NCBI GenBank assembly: GCA_002717565.1
Contig: PBAZ01000001.1
Span: 261,683 to 325,682, forward strand
Reading direction: 5' to 3'
Source: Chloroflexota bacterium
Lineage (GTDB): Bacteria; Chloroflexota; Dehalococcoidia; Lucifugimonadales; GCA-2717565
DNA: 64,000 nucleotides
Shown here: positions 8,637 through 19,106 of the stretch, in pieces
Layout of the letters: each line of letters opens with the position of its first letter
Numbering within the stretch: position 1 is the first letter of the stretch
Notes under the pieces: generated by a model
The model's input: only the letters and a program-made list of their open reading frames with translations
What the model was told of the DNA's origin: nothing
Database searches by the model: none
Translations under genes and position numbers: made by a program

Positions 8637-10331
8637 ATGAAACTTACTGGTGGTCAGATAGTTTGTGAATCATTGCTTCAGGAAGGTGTGACTGATATAT
8701 TCGGGCTTCCAGGAGGGGCTATGCTGCCTCTTTATGGGACGTTGCCTCAGTACCCCCAGATCAACCACATTCTGGTTCGACATGAGCAAGGTGCAGCTAT
8801 AGCTGCTGATGGTTACGCGAGAGCTACAGGTAATGTCGGAGTGTGTTGGGCGACTTCCGGGCCCGGAGCAACTAATCTTGTTACTGGCTTAGCTAATGCA
8901 ATGATGGATTCTGTGCCATTGGTGGCTATCACAGGACAGGTTGGAAGACCAGCCATTGGCAAGGACGCTTTTCAAGAAACAGACGTTACAGGTGTAACCT
9001 TGCCAGTTACCAAGCATAACTATCTCGTAATGCATGCCTCAGAAATTTCTGGTGCGATAAAAGAAGCGTTTTACATAGCAAGGACCGGGCGCCCAGGCCC
9101 AGTTCTCGTCGATATACCTAAAGATGTATTTACTGAAGTCGCTGAATTCGTTTACCCGGATTCTGTTGATCTTCCAGGATATCGACCTGCTTTTGAACCT
9201 GATGTGAAAAACATTGAAACTGCTGCGGAGATACTCAATAGCGCAAAGCGTCCCGTAATACTAGCTGGGCATGGAGTGATACTCTCTAAGGCATCCAGTG
9301 AGTTGCGAGAACTTGCGGAAAAAGCGCAGATACCGGTTATAACTACCCTATTGGGTATTAGTTCATTCCCAGAGAGTCATATCCTTAGTATGGGTATGCC
9401 TGGTATGCATGGAGTTGCTTGGGCAAGCTATGCATTGCATGAGGCAGATGTGATCTTGAGCCTCGGCGCACGATTTGATGATCGTGTGACGGGGGATTTA
9501 AGACGATTTGCTCCTGACTCAAAGAAAATTCACTTTGATATTGATGCAGCCGAAATTGGTAAGACTGTATCTACCAGCGTAGGAGTTGTTGGAGACCTAA
9601 AGTTAGGTGTTCAGAAACTGATTCCGATGGTTAATCAAGGCAATCATCCAGAATGGATAAGGCGTATTGAGCAACTAAGAGATGAACATCCTTCTCTGCA
9701 AATCCGTAAAACGTCAAAGCTCTTGCCGCAGTACATACTAAAGAAGATATCAGAAATTACAGAGTCAAAAGCGATTATCGTGACTGGTGTCGGGCAGCAT
9801 CAGATGTGGGCAGCACAGCATTGTGCGTTTGAAGAGCCGGGGACACTAATAACGTCTGGGGGATTAGGAACCATGGGATTTGAAGTTCCTGCCGCAATGG
9901 GGGCAAAGGTTGCTCGTCCAGACAAGGTGGTTTGGTCAATTGCAGGGGACGGAGGCTTCCAGATGACTCTGTCCGAACTTGCGACTATTGCCGAAAACAA
10001 CATAGATGTTAAATTTGCCATCTTAAATAACAATTTTCTTGGAATGGTTCGTCAGTGGCAGGAATTTTTCTATGAAAGTGAATACACGGCCACGCATTAC
10101 ACTGGTAATCCGGACTTTGTTAAGCTGGCTGATGCCTATGGACTGGTCGGCATACGCGTTGAGGACGCAGCTGATGTTGAAGGTGCAATTAGGCAGGCTA
10201 TGAATACTCCAGGAGCAGTGATAGTGGATTTCATGGTGGAACAAGAGGAGAATGTGTTTCCGATGATTCCAGCGGGCGAGAGCATCTACGAGCTTATGGA
10301 AGAGCCCTCTGAAATAGAGGAACCGGTCTAA
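8637..10331 (+). CDS. ilvB: Acetolactate synthase (acetohydroxyacid synthase) large subunit
   Basis: ThDP-enzyme signature throughout (GGQIVCESLLQEGV, GYARATG, GLGTMGFEVPAAMGA, GDGGFQMT). GAGG SD before ATG 8637. Confidence 0.94.
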   Translation: MKLTGGQIVCESLLQEGVTDIFGLPGGAMLPLYGTLPQYPQINHILVRHEQGAAIAADGYARATGNVGVCWATSGPGATNLVTGLANAMMDSVPLVAITGQVGRPAIGKDAFQETDVTGVTLPVTKHNYLVMHASEISGAIKEAFYIARTGRPGPVLVDIPKDVFTEVAEFVYPDSVDLPGYRPAFEPDVKNIETAAEILNSAKRPVILAGHGVILSKASSELRELAEKAQIPVITTLLGISSFPESHILSMGMPGMHGVAWASYALHEADVILSLGARFDDRVTGDLRRFAPDSKKIHFDIDAAEIGKTVSTSVGVVGDLKLGVQKLIPMVNQGNHPEWIRRIEQLRDEHPSLQIRKTSKLLPQYILKKISEITESKAIIVTGVGQHQMWAAQHCAFEEPGTLITSGGLGTMGFEVPAAMGAKVARPDKVVWSIAGDGGFQMTLSELATIAENNIDVKFAILNNNFLGMVRQWQEFFYESEYTATHYTGNPDFVKLADAYGLVGIRVEDAADVEGAIRQAMNTPGAVIVDFMVEQEENVFPMIPAGESIYELMEEPSEIEEPV

Positions 10332-10332
10332 G

Positions 10333-10833
10333 ATGGCTAATGTAGCGCATGAATATACTGTTGTCGCTTTGGTTCAGGACAGGCCTGGAGTACTGAATCG
10401 TGTGAGTAGTATGTTCAGGCGAAGGGGTTACAACATAGTCAGCCTCGCTGTGGGGCACAGCGAAAAAGTTGGACTGTCAAGGATGACGTTCGTCGTGGAT
10501 TGCGATGACGCGACGATAGATCAAGTTCGGAAGCAACTTGATAAGCTAATTGAGGTGATTGAGGTAACCGATATGACTGAGCTCGCTTCTGTGACGCGTG
10601 AGCTTGCTTTGATCAAGGTCGCCAGCTCTCCGGAAACCAGAAGCGAGATAATCCAGTTAGTTGACATATTTCGTGCAAACATCGTCGATGTGACTGCTGA
10701 TTCTGTGATAATCGAGGTTACGGGGGATGAGAATAAAGTTGATTCGCTCCTAACCCTCCTAGAAGATTTTGGTATTGTTGAAATTATGAGAACTGGACGG
10801 ATAGCTATCCCTCGTGGAATGGCTACTCCCTAA
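10333..10833 (+). CDS. ilvN: Acetolactate synthase small (regulatory) subunit
   Basis: ACT domain HEYTVVALVQDRPGVLNRVSSMFRRRGYNIVSLAVG. Starts 1 nt after the ilvB stop. Confidence 0.92.
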   Translation: MANVAHEYTVVALVQDRPGVLNRVSSMFRRRGYNIVSLAVGHSEKVGLSRMTFVVDCDDATIDQVRKQLDKLIEVIEVTDMTELASVTRELALIKVASSPETRSEIIQLVDIFRANIVDVTADSVIIEVTGDENKVDSLLTLLEDFGIVEIMRTGRIAIPRGMATP

Positions 10834-10875
10834 GTAGCGTGGCATTGAAGAAGTAAAGAGAAGAAAAGGTGAATC

Positions 10876-11868
10876 ATGGCGAAATTGTATTATGACAGCG
10901 ACGCAAACATTGATCTGATATCGAATAAAGTAATAGGAATAGTTGGATACGGTAGTCAAGGCCATGCCCATGCGCTGAATCTGAAGGATAGTGGGATGGA
11001 TGTTCGAGTTGGGTTGTACGAAGGGAGTGCCAGTTGGGCGAAAGCGGAAGAAGCTGGGTTGAAGGTGTTGACTGTCGCGGACTTAGCTGAGGAAGCCGAC
11101 ATAATAATGATGCTGATTCCCGATACCTCCCAAGCAAGGATCTATCGTGAATCCATAGAAGGTAAAATGCGTGAGGGCAAAATGTTAATGTTTGCTCATG
11201 GGTTTAATATTCATTACAAACAGATTACGCCTCCCTCTAGTGTTGACGTGTGCATGATTGCGCCCAAGGCACCAGGGCATCGAGTACGGGAAGTTTATAC
11301 ACAGGGAGCAGGGGTTCCCGGGCTGATTGCAGTTTCTCAGAACGCCTCTGGTTTGGCATATGAAATAGGATTGGCCTACGCTCGGGGTATTGGCTGCACG
11401 CGAGCAGGGGTTTTGGATACAACCTTCCAAGAAGAAACAGAGACGGATCTTTTTGGAGAACAGACGGTTCTCTGTGGGGGCGTTTCTTCTTTGGTTAAGG
11501 CAGGGTTTGAAACGTTAGTCGAAGCAGGGTATCAACCAGAATCTGCATATTTCGAGGTTATGCATGAATTAAAGCTGATAGTGGATTTGCTGTATCAGGG
11601 TGGCTTGGAGTATATGAGGTACTCAGTTAGTGACACCGCGGAATATGGCGACTATACGAGAGGTTCCAGAATTATTGATGGATCAGTAAAGGACCGTATG
11701 AAAGAAGTCTTAGCTGAAATTCAAGATGGCACTTTCGCACGCGAATGGATAGCGGAGAATGACGAGGGTAGACATCGTTTTAGTCAGTTCCGTGAGCAGG
11801 AGGTTGAGCATCAAATTGAGTCAGTTGGGAAAGAGCTGCGAGGTATGATGCCATTTCTTCGTCCCTAA
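10876..11868 (+). CDS. ilvC: Ketol-acid reductoisomerase (class I)
   Basis: [10 protein letters not shown]..., [17 protein letters not shown], the knotted C-terminal domain, and a length of 330 aa. Confidence 0.96.
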   Translation: MAKLYYDSDANIDLISNKVIGIVGYGSQGHAHALNLKDSGMDVRVGLYEGSASWAKAEEAGLKVLTVADLAEEADIIMMLIPDTSQARIYRESIEGKMREGKMLMFAHGFNIHYKQITPPSSVDVCMIAPKAPGHRVREVYTQGAGVPGLIAVSQNASGLAYEIGLAYARGIGCTRAGVLDTTFQEETETDLFGEQTVLCGGVSSLVKAGFETLVEAGYQPESAYFEVMHELKLIVDLLYQGGLEYMRYSVSDTAEYGDYTRGSRIIDGSVKDRMKEVLAEIQDGTFAREWIAENDEGRHRFSQFREQEVEHQIESVGKELRGMMPFLRP

Positions 11869-12128
11869 TGGGGTACTGGTTCACGAACGTGTTTGAGTTG
11901 AAAGGTATTTCTTAATAATGCGAACGAAAGAGGTTTCTAGCGTGGTTCGTCGTCCAAGATATGTCATTAGTGGGCAATATCTGACGTCTGACTGCGTGTC
12001 CCTTGTCTCCAATTTGCACTAGGTTCAGGGTGTGTTATTAGCGACGTAGCCTATGCAAACGCCTAAGCAACGCTCCCTCCCCAATAGTAAATGACGGTAT
12101 CGTAAATTTGGAAATCATAGAGGACGTT

Positions 12129-13673
12129 ATGGAAGCAGAAAAAGTACTGATATTTGATACCACCCTGAGGGATGGCGAACAGGCTGCGGGAGCAGCCATG
12201 ACTGTTAACGAAAAAATTGAAATTGCAGAACAACTTGAAAAATTGAAGGTTGATATTATCGAGGCAGGATTTGCAGCAAGCTCTCCTGGAGATTTTCAAG
12301 CAGTGAGCGCTATAGCTGCCCAAATACGTGGTTCATCTGTTGCTTCACTAGCTCGAGCCAATCCCGATGATGTCGACCGTGCAGCTGAGGCAGTGCGAGG
12401 TGCTGAAAGCCCACGAATACATGTCTTTTTGTCTACCTCAGATATTCACCTTATGCATGGGTTGCGCCGGAATCGTGAGGAAGTCATGGATATGGCGGTT
12501 GAGATGGTGCGCAGGGCAAAAGGATATGTGGATGACGTAGAATTTTCCCCTATGGACGCTACCAGAACGAATCCTGAATATTTGTATACCATGCTAGAAG
12601 CGACCATTGCAGCTGGGGCTACTACAGTGAACATTCCAGATACCGTAGGATATTCAATTCCTGAAGAATTTGCCGGACTGATCCGGAACATATTTGAGAA
12701 CGTTCCCAACATTCATAAAGCTCGAGTCAGTGTTCATTGCCATAACGACTTGGGGTTGGCTGTGGCTAACAGTTTGGCTGCTGTCGCAGTAGGTGCACGT
12801 CAGGTGGAGGGCTGTATTAATGGTTTGGGAGAACGAGCAGGCAATGCTTCACTTGAAGAAGTGGTAATGGGAATACGAACCCGGGGCGATATCTTAGGAG
12901 TAAGCACTGGGGTAGATACTAAACATTTATATAACTCTAGTAGGCTAGTGAGTGATATAACTGGTTTTGCCGTGCAACCTAACAAAGCTATTGTGGGAGT
13001 TAATGCCTTTAGACATGCGTCTGGAATTCATCAAGATGCGGTTATCAAAGAGAGAACAACCTTTGAGATTATGGATGCTACCGAGGTTGGATGGCAAAGT
13101 AATGCAATAGTTCTTGGCAAACTATCTGGTCGGGCAGGTTTGCGATCAAGATTAGAAGAGCTCGGATATAATCTTCAGAAAGAAGAATTGGATAATGCGT
13201 TCAAGGCTTTTAAGGAGTTGGCAGACAAGAAGAGGGAAGTTACCGATCGGGATTTAGAAGCGTTGATGGCTGAGGAACGTCGGACTGTTGCAGATTCGGG
13301 TACCTTTCGCTTGGATCACGTGCAAGTCTCAAGTGGAGATACCTCTATGCCAACTGCGACGGTGCAACTAGTAGGCCCTGACGAGGAAATTTTTCGAGAT
13401 GCTGCTACTGGAGCAGGCCCAGTAGATGCAGTGTGTAATGCAATCAATAGAATTGTTCAAAAACCTTGTCGCTTGGTTGAGTACTCAGTGAAATCCATAA
13501 CCGAAGGCCTAGACGCTGTTGGCGATGTAAGTATACGGGTGGAAAGTAATGAGAAAACGTATGTGGGTAGAGGGGCATCAACCGATATTATCGTGGCTAG
13601 TGCAAGAGCGTATATGAATGCGCTAAACAGGATCATGGCTATCGAGAACAATCAGTCTACTGATAACACCTGA
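12129..13673 (+). CDS. leuA: 2-isopropylmalate synthase (long form with C-terminal LeuA regulatory domain)
   Basis: IFDTTLRDGEQ, HCHNDLGLAVANSLAA and a C-terminal allosteric domain. AGAGGA SD before ATG 12129. Confidence 0.93.
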   Translation: MEAEKVLIFDTTLRDGEQAAGAAMTVNEKIEIAEQLEKLKVDIIEAGFAASSPGDFQAVSAIAAQIRGSSVASLARANPDDVDRAAEAVRGAESPRIHVFLSTSDIHLMHGLRRNREEVMDMAVEMVRRAKGYVDDVEFSPMDATRTNPEYLYTMLEATIAAGATTVNIPDTVGYSIPEEFAGLIRNIFENVPNIHKARVSVHCHNDLGLAVANSLAAVAVGARQVEGCINGLGERAGNASLEEVVMGIRTRGDILGVSTGVDTKHLYNSSRLVSDITGFAVQPNKAIVGVNAFRHASGIHQDAVIKERTTFEIMDATEVGWQSNAIVLGKLSGRAGLRSRLEELGYNLQKEELDNAFKAFKELADKKREVTDRDLEALMAEERRTVADSGTFRLDHVQVSSGDTSMPTATVQLVGPDEEIFRDAATGAGPVDAVCNAINRIVQKPCRLVEYSVKSITEGLDAVGDVSIRVESNEKTYVGRGASTDIIVASARAYMNALNRIMAIENNQSTDNT

Positions 13674-13721
13674 TTGTTGAAAGTTTAGGGCAACATCACA
13701 ATAGGAAAGCAGAGGTATTTC

Positions 13722-15125
13722 ATGGCTCCAAAAACTATGTTTGACAAAATTTGGGATGATCACATAGTCGACGAGGGAGAGGGGAAGCCCACTACCCTAT
13801 ACGTTGATTTGCATTTAGTTCATGAAGTAACTTCCCCTCAGGCATTTGAAGGGTTGCGTATAGCAGGGCGGCAAGTGAGGCGACCAGAGTTGACAGTGGC
13901 AACAGTTGACCATAATGTGCCGACCACTGATAGATCTTTGCCTATTGCTGACGATATCTCTCGAAGGCAAATTGAGGCTCTCAATACAAACGCACGAGAT
14001 TTTGGCATTGAATATTTTGACATGTTTAGTGCCGGCCAAGGCATTGTGCATGTGATAGGACCTGAACAGGGCTATACACAGCCTGGGAAAATAATAGTGT
14101 GCGGAGATAGTCATACTTCTACTCATGGAGCTTTCGGCGCCTTTGCTTTAGGGATTGGTACCTCGGAAGTTGAACATGTTCTAGCAACTCAGTGCTTAGT
14201 GCAGCAAAAGCCTAAGAATATGGAAATTAGGGTTAACGGTGATCTTCCTTTTGGAGTGACTGCCAAGGACCTCATACTCGCTATAATTGGGCAAATAGGG
14301 GTTGGGGGAGGGGTAGGCCACGTTATTGAGTATACTGGGAAAGCGATACAGCAGCTATCAATGGCTGGGCGCATGACCATATGCAACATGTCCATTGAGG
14401 CTGGAGCTCGGGCAGGCATGATCGCACCAGATGAAACTACCTTTGAATACATGCGAGGAAGACCTCAAGTTCCGCAGGGACAGGATTTCGAAGAGGCTAT
14501 TCTAAAATGGCAATCGCTTGTAACGGATGTAGGAGCTCACTTCGATACTGTGATAGAGATTGATGCCTCAAAATTAGAACCATTTGTCAGTTGGGGAACC
14601 AACCCTGGAATGGTTACTTCTATCACGGGTGTCGTACCGGATCCAGAGAACTATCAAGATGCTAGTGAAAAGGCTGCGGCACAAAGGGCTTTGCAATATA
14701 TGGAATTGGAGCCTAATACTCCTATTAATGAGATAAGCTTAGATAAAGTGTTCATTGGTTCTTGTACCAATTCCCGCATAGAAGATCTCAGAGCAGCAGC
14801 TGAAATTGTTAAGGGCAAGCAGGTAAGCGACAGAGTTAATGCGATGGTAGTTCCTGGGTCATTTGCCATTAAGATCAAGGCTGAGCAAGAAGGTCTGGAT
14901 TCGATTTTCAGAGATGCTGGATTTGAATGGCGTGAGGCTGGATGCTCAATGTGTCTAGGTATGAATCCGGATATCTTGGAGCCGGGACAACGCTCCGCAT
15001 CAACTTCTAATAGGAACTTTGAAGGGCGACAAGGTCCAGGAGGACGCACTCATTTGGTAAGTCCCGAGATGGCAGCAGCAGCAGCAATCTCAGGGCACTT
15101 CGTGGATATACGGGAATGGAAGTAA
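13722..15125 (+). CDS. leuC: 3-isopropylmalate dehydratase large subunit
   Basis: Aconitase-family motifs including the cluster ligands ([29 protein letters not shown]). Confidence 0.96.
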   Translation: MAPKTMFDKIWDDHIVDEGEGKPTTLYVDLHLVHEVTSPQAFEGLRIAGRQVRRPELTVATVDHNVPTTDRSLPIADDISRRQIEALNTNARDFGIEYFDMFSAGQGIVHVIGPEQGYTQPGKIIVCGDSHTSTHGAFGAFALGIGTSEVEHVLATQCLVQQKPKNMEIRVNGDLPFGVTAKDLILAIIGQIGVGGGVGHVIEYTGKAIQQLSMAGRMTICNMSIEAGARAGMIAPDETTFEYMRGRPQVPQGQDFEEAILKWQSLVTDVGAHFDTVIEIDASKLEPFVSWGTNPGMVTSITGVVPDPENYQDASEKAAAQRALQYMELEPNTPINEISLDKVFIGSCTNSRIEDLRAAAEIVKGKQVSDRVNAMVVPGSFAIKIKAEQEGLDSIFRDAGFEWREAGCSMCLGMNPDILEPGQRSASTSNRNFEGRQGPGGRTHLVSPEMAAAAAISGHFVDIREWK

Positions 15126-15152
15126 TGAAATTAAATCTCAGAGGAGTTGACT

Positions 15153-15746
15153 ATGGAGCCATTTATAAGAATCACTGGTGTAGTTGCCGCTCTAGATAGA
15201 GAGAACGTAGACACGGACCAGATCATACCTGCTGTCTACCTGAAGCGCATAGAGCGCACTGGGTTTGGAGAGTTTCTATTCTCGCAGCCTGGGTGGAGAT
15301 TCCTTCCAGATGGGCAGTTGGATCCAAATTTTGAACTTAATAGAGTTGGATATGAAGGGGCCAGTATACTAATTGCTGGAAAGAATTTTGGGAGTGGTTC
15401 TTCAAGGGAACACGCGCCGTGGGCGTTATTGGATTATGGCTTCAAGGTGATTATAGCCCCAAGTTTTGCTGACATATTTCACAATAATTGTTTTCAGAAT
15501 GGAATGCTTCCAGTTGTTTTGCCGGAAGACACTGTGAGAGAAATTATGGATAAGGCTGTGACCCAACCAGGTTATCAGCTTACGGTAGATTTAGATGGGC
15601 TTAGCGTATCTGATGATCAGGGATTCAACGTGTCGTTTGCCACTAATGAATTTAGGCGCGATTGTTTATTGAAGGGGCTTGACGATATTGGACTGACATT
15701 GCAACTAGAGTCTAAGATTGATGCTTTTGAACAAGGAAGAAGTTAA
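15153..15746 (+). CDS. leuD: 3-isopropylmalate dehydratase small subunit
   Basis: Aconitase swivel domain (NVDTDQIIP, GKNFGSGSSREHA). AGAGGAG SD before ATG 15153. Confidence 0.94.
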   Translation: MEPFIRITGVVAALDRENVDTDQIIPAVYLKRIERTGFGEFLFSQPGWRFLPDGQLDPNFELNRVGYEGASILIAGKNFGSGSSREHAPWALLDYGFKVIIAPSFADIFHNNCFQNGMLPVVLPEDTVREIMDKAVTQPGYQLTVDLDGLSVSDDQGFNVSFATNEFRRDCLLKGLDDIGLTLQLESKIDAFEQGRS

Positions 15747-15780
15747 CTTAGCGTCGGGCTACCATACGTGAGGGGATGAT

Positions 15781-16878
15781 ATGAAATTTTCAGTTGCTGT
15801 CTTACCTGGAGACGGTATTGGTCCAGAAGTTACACAAGAATCAGTGCTTATATTGGATGAAATAGGTAAATTATATGGGCATGAATTCACTTATGCATAT
15901 GGGCCTGTTGGCGGAGTTGCTATTGACTCCTTTGGCACTGCGTTGCCTGCTGAAACCGCAAAGATAGCATCTAAAGCAGATGCAGTGCTTTTCGGTGCTG
16001 TCGGTGGTCCTAAATGGGATGACCCTTCAGCTGCAGTTCGTCCCGAAGATGGCATATTGGGAATCCGCCGTCATTTGAAACTATTTGCAAATCTTAGACC
16101 AGTTCAGGTATATCCTGAATTATTAGAAGCAAGCCCCATCAAGCCTGATATCTTGAAAGGTGCGGATTTTTTGGTGATCCGTGAACTCACAGGCGGGCTA
16201 TATTTTGGCAAACCGAAAAAACGTTGGGAAACAAAGACGGGGCGTCAGTCGGTTGATACGTTGAAGTATAGTGAGACCGAAATTAGAAGAATCGTGCGGG
16301 TGGCATTTGAATTGGCTAGAGGTCGGCGAAAATTAGTCACTTCTGTTGATAAGGCAAATGTACTTGAAACTTCCCGTCTGTGGCGTCAAGTTGCTACTGA
16401 GGTTGCTTCGGATTATCCGGATGTAGCTATTGAGCATATGCTAGTTGATACAGCTGCTATGCAACTTGTGTCTAATCCTAAGAGGTTTGATGTGGTTGTG
16501 ACGGAAAATATGTTTGGTGACATTTTGACTGATGAGGCAGCGGTAGTGTCAGGATCTATGGGTATGCTTCCTTCTGCCAGTTTGGCAGGCATTCCAGATC
16601 TGGATCAAGGCAAGCGGACGCGAGGGCTATATGAACCGATTCATGGCAGTGCCCCTGATATCGCTGGTAAAGGACTCGCTAATCCAACTGCATCCATATT
16701 GAGCGCAGCATTTATGCTTAGATACTCTTTAAGTTTGGGAACTGAAGCGATGGCTATTGAAAGTGCTGTTGCTGAAGTTCTTCGTGAGGGATATCGCACT
16801 GCAGATATTGCTGAAGGGGCATCAGATCACCTGAGCACCGTTGAGATGGGTTCACAAATACTGCGAAGGATAAGATAG
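15781..16878 (+). CDS. leuB: 3-isopropylmalate dehydrogenase
   Basis: LPGDGIGPEV, NLFGDILTDEAA-type motif (NMFGDILTDEAAVVSGSMGMLPSASL), HGSAPDIAGKG. Confidence 0.96.
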   Translation: MKFSVAVLPGDGIGPEVTQESVLILDEIGKLYGHEFTYAYGPVGGVAIDSFGTALPAETAKIASKADAVLFGAVGGPKWDDPSAAVRPEDGILGIRRHLKLFANLRPVQVYPELLEASPIKPDILKGADFLVIRELTGGLYFGKPKKRWETKTGRQSVDTLKYSETEIRRIVRVAFELARGRRKLVTSVDKANVLETSRLWRQVATEVASDYPDVAIEHMLVDTAAMQLVSNPKRFDVVVTENMFGDILTDEAAVVSGSMGMLPSASLAGIPDLDQGKRTRGLYEPIHGSAPDIAGKGLANPTASILSAAFMLRYSLSLGTEAMAIESAVAEVLREGYRTADIAEGASDHLSTVEMGSQILRRIR

Positions 16879-16922
16879 GCTTTTCGGAGATTCCTATTGG
16901 GTTCTTCTGGGTGTTGTTGCTG

Positions 16923-16997
16923 GCCACCGTAGCTCAGTGGTAGAGCAGCTGTTTCGTAAACAGCAGGTCAACGGTTCGAGTCCGTTCGGTGGCTCCA
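16923..16997 (+). tRNA. tRNA-Thr (anticodon CGT), CCA encoded
   Basis: Hand-folded cloverleaf: acceptor GCCACCG/CGGTGGC, D arm GCTC-AGTGGTA-GAGC, anticodon arm GCTGT-TTCGTAA-ACAGC (anticodon CGT), T arm AACGG-TTCGAGT-CCGTT, then T-CCA. Confidence 0.92.
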
Positions 16998-17085
16998 ACC
17001 ATTGCGGTAATCGGATGACACTTCTCTATCGAACATTATATAATTCCAGCTAATATGCCTGTAGTTGTAGGTTTAGGAGGGCTTT

Positions 17086-17460
17086 GTGGTTAATTTGAAT
17101 TCACAAAAATGTGTTGCATGCAGGAGAGATTCCCCCCCGGCGACATTTGAAGAAAAGGCTGTTTTGATACCGCAGATTCCTGAATGGAGTTTGATTGAAG
17201 AAGACGGAATACCGAAATTGACTCGACGGTATAAGGTGCTCAATTTTCAGGAAGCGCTAAAATTGACTTCTATGATAGGGGAAATAGCTGAGGAAGAAGG
17301 GCATCATCCACGATTGGTAACGGAATGGGGATCATTGGTCGTGACATGGTGGACCCATAAGATTCGGAATCTCCACAAAAATGATTTCATTATGGCAGCT
17401 AAATCAGATGCAATTTGGGAGCAGTGGGAGGTAGGTGCTAGTGAGGGGAGAGGCGCTTAA
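17086..17460 (+). CDS. Pterin-4a-carbinolamine dehydratase (PCD/DCoH family)
   Basis: Core EEEGHHPRLVTEWGSLVVTWWTHKI matches the PCD signature (E-x2-HHP ... W-x-T-H). Confidence 0.85.
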   Translation: MVNLNSQKCVACRRDSPPATFEEKAVLIPQIPEWSLIEEDGIPKLTRRYKVLNFQEALKLTSMIGEIAEEEGHHPRLVTEWGSLVVTWWTHKIRNLHKNDFIMAAKSDAIWEQWEVGASEGRGA

Positions 17461-17503
17461 TGCTGGCTGCCTGCTCTTTTTATGCTTAATCGGGGGAAAG
17501 TAG

Positions 17504-18634
17504 ATGCAAAATCCTAAAGTTTCGTTGATTTATAGCGAGTCTATGTCTTCCTATTCATTAAGGGCAGGGCATGTACAGCAACCCATTCGGGTTCGATATG
17601 CATATGAATTAATGGATGCGTATGGCCTTATTAGAAGGGATGCAGCTACCTTAGTGGCCCCTAAAACAGCGTCAGACCTTGAGCTTGCCGTTTATCATAC
17701 GGAGCAGTACATCGAAGCAGTCAAGAGGTTCAGTGATAATCCCTCATCTCCAAATCCGGAAGCATTCGGATTCCATCCTTCAGGCGATACCCCAGCTTTT
17801 GAGAATATGTATAAAACGTGCTGTGAGATAACAGGCGGTTCTATAGTTGGAGCAGAATTGATACTCAGCGACGCATCTGAGCGCGTATTTAGCCCTGGGG
17901 GAGGTTGGCATCATGCGATGTCCAATAAAGCTTCTGGGTTTTGTGTGTTTAATGATCCTGTTATGGCTATCCACAAATTCTTGGAGGCAGGATTAAGGGT
18001 GGCTTACGTGGATATTGATGCTCATCATGGAGATGGAGTACAGGATGCGTTTTATGGCAGTGATCGAGTTCTTACCGTTTCATTACATGAAAATGGGCAG
18101 TATCTTTTTCCGGGAACGGGATTCTCTCATGAAACTGGGGTCGGTCAAGGCGGAAATTATTCAGTAAATGTTCCACTTGCCCCTTATTCAGGGGATAGTG
18201 TATACATGTGGGCTTTTCAGGAAATAGTACCACCGGTAATTCAGCATTTTGCACCTGATGTAATAGTTACTCAATTAGGGTTGGATAGTCACGCCTATGA
18301 TCCTATTACTCATTTAAATTTGTCTGTTCAGGGTTTTGGAGAGATAGTAAAGCAGTTTAAGGATATGAAGTACCCCTGGCTTGCGCTTGGTGGTGGTGGG
18401 TACGATATATGGGCAGTAGCTAGGGGATGGGCTTTGGCATTTGGCGTTATGAATGATTGGGAATTGCCAGATGCCATTCCTCCCGAATATGCGCATAAAT
18501 ATGGCGTGTCAAACTTGAGGGATGATCTCAGTACTTTTCCAGAAGTTACAGGTGAGTTGGTGGATTTCACTTGGGAAGCTGCCCATCTTACGGTTGAGCA
18601 ATTGAAGCAGCACTTATCAAATGTACTTGCTTAG
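17504..18634 (+). CDS. Histone-deacetylase-family deacetylase (AcuC / acetoin-utilisation / acetylpolyamine amidohydrolase-like)
   Basis: GGWHHAMSNKASGFCVFND, VDIDAHHGDGVQDAFY and GGGGY motifs of class I/II HDAC-fold zinc enzymes. Confidence 0.86.
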   Translation: MQNPKVSLIYSESMSSYSLRAGHVQQPIRVRYAYELMDAYGLIRRDAATLVAPKTASDLELAVYHTEQYIEAVKRFSDNPSSPNPEAFGFHPSGDTPAFENMYKTCCEITGGSIVGAELILSDASERVFSPGGGWHHAMSNKASGFCVFNDPVMAIHKFLEAGLRVAYVDIDAHHGDGVQDAFYGSDRVLTVSLHENGQYLFPGTGFSHETGVGQGGNYSVNVPLAPYSGDSVYMWAFQEIVPPVIQHFAPDVIVTQLGLDSHAYDPITHLNLSVQGFGEIVKQFKDMKYPWLALGGGGYDIWAVARGWALAFGVMNDWELPDAIPPEYAHKYGVSNLRDDLSTFPEVTGELVDFTWEAAHLTVEQLKQHLSNVLA

Positions 18635-18674
18635 TCCCAAGCAAGAGTCAATCTATTTTGAGGGGCTGAAAGAA

Positions 18675-18956
18675 TTAGCTCTTATCTGTTGCGAGGTCAA
18701 TAAGTAGCTTTTCGGCTTCTTCACCGACACCGGCTTCCTTGCAGTCTCTGAGGGTAGAGTAAATACTCTTTTTTACCGCTTGAAGCAGGACTGAGTCTAG
18801 ATGTGATGAGGTTTCGTATGTCTGTCGTAGTGACTCAAGCTCGGCTAGTCTACCTAGGAAGTGAGAAGCAAGTGGATCTATTGACACATGTGCTGGAGCA
18901 CTTGTAGTGTCTGGTATTTCGGACTGTACTGCGGAGTCTTCTGTAGACGGTACCAT
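18675..18956 (-). CDS. Hypothetical protein, 93 aa
   Basis: ORF preceded by a GGAGGTG SD. No recognisable motif. Confidence 0.5.
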   Translation of the reverse strand: MVPSTEDSAVQSEIPDTTSAPAHVSIDPLASHFLGRLAELESLRQTYETSSHLDSVLLQAVKKSIYSTLRDCKEAGVGEEAEKLLIDLATDKS

Positions 18957-19106
18957 TGAGACACCTCCAAGACTAATTCGTTGCGACTAGTGGCGGAATG
19001 ATAACACAATAAAGAATGATTTCACAAGCCTGTGGATTCACCGGATATTTGTATTTTTGCTCGATAGTGTTTTGTATTTCCTCAATCCATAAGTGGGCGA
19101 TTGGTC

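Noticed and set aside
11869-12128. T-box riboswitch or leader-peptide attenuator for leuA; the same was considered for ilvB (8449..8636), ileS (45921..46199) and serS (59845..60233)
   Set aside because: None of these regions shows a GGGUGGNACCGCG-type T-box core with an adjacent terminator or sequestrator. None encodes a short ORF enriched in the cognate amino acid. Only fragmentary similarities were seen, so no call is made without a covariance-model search.
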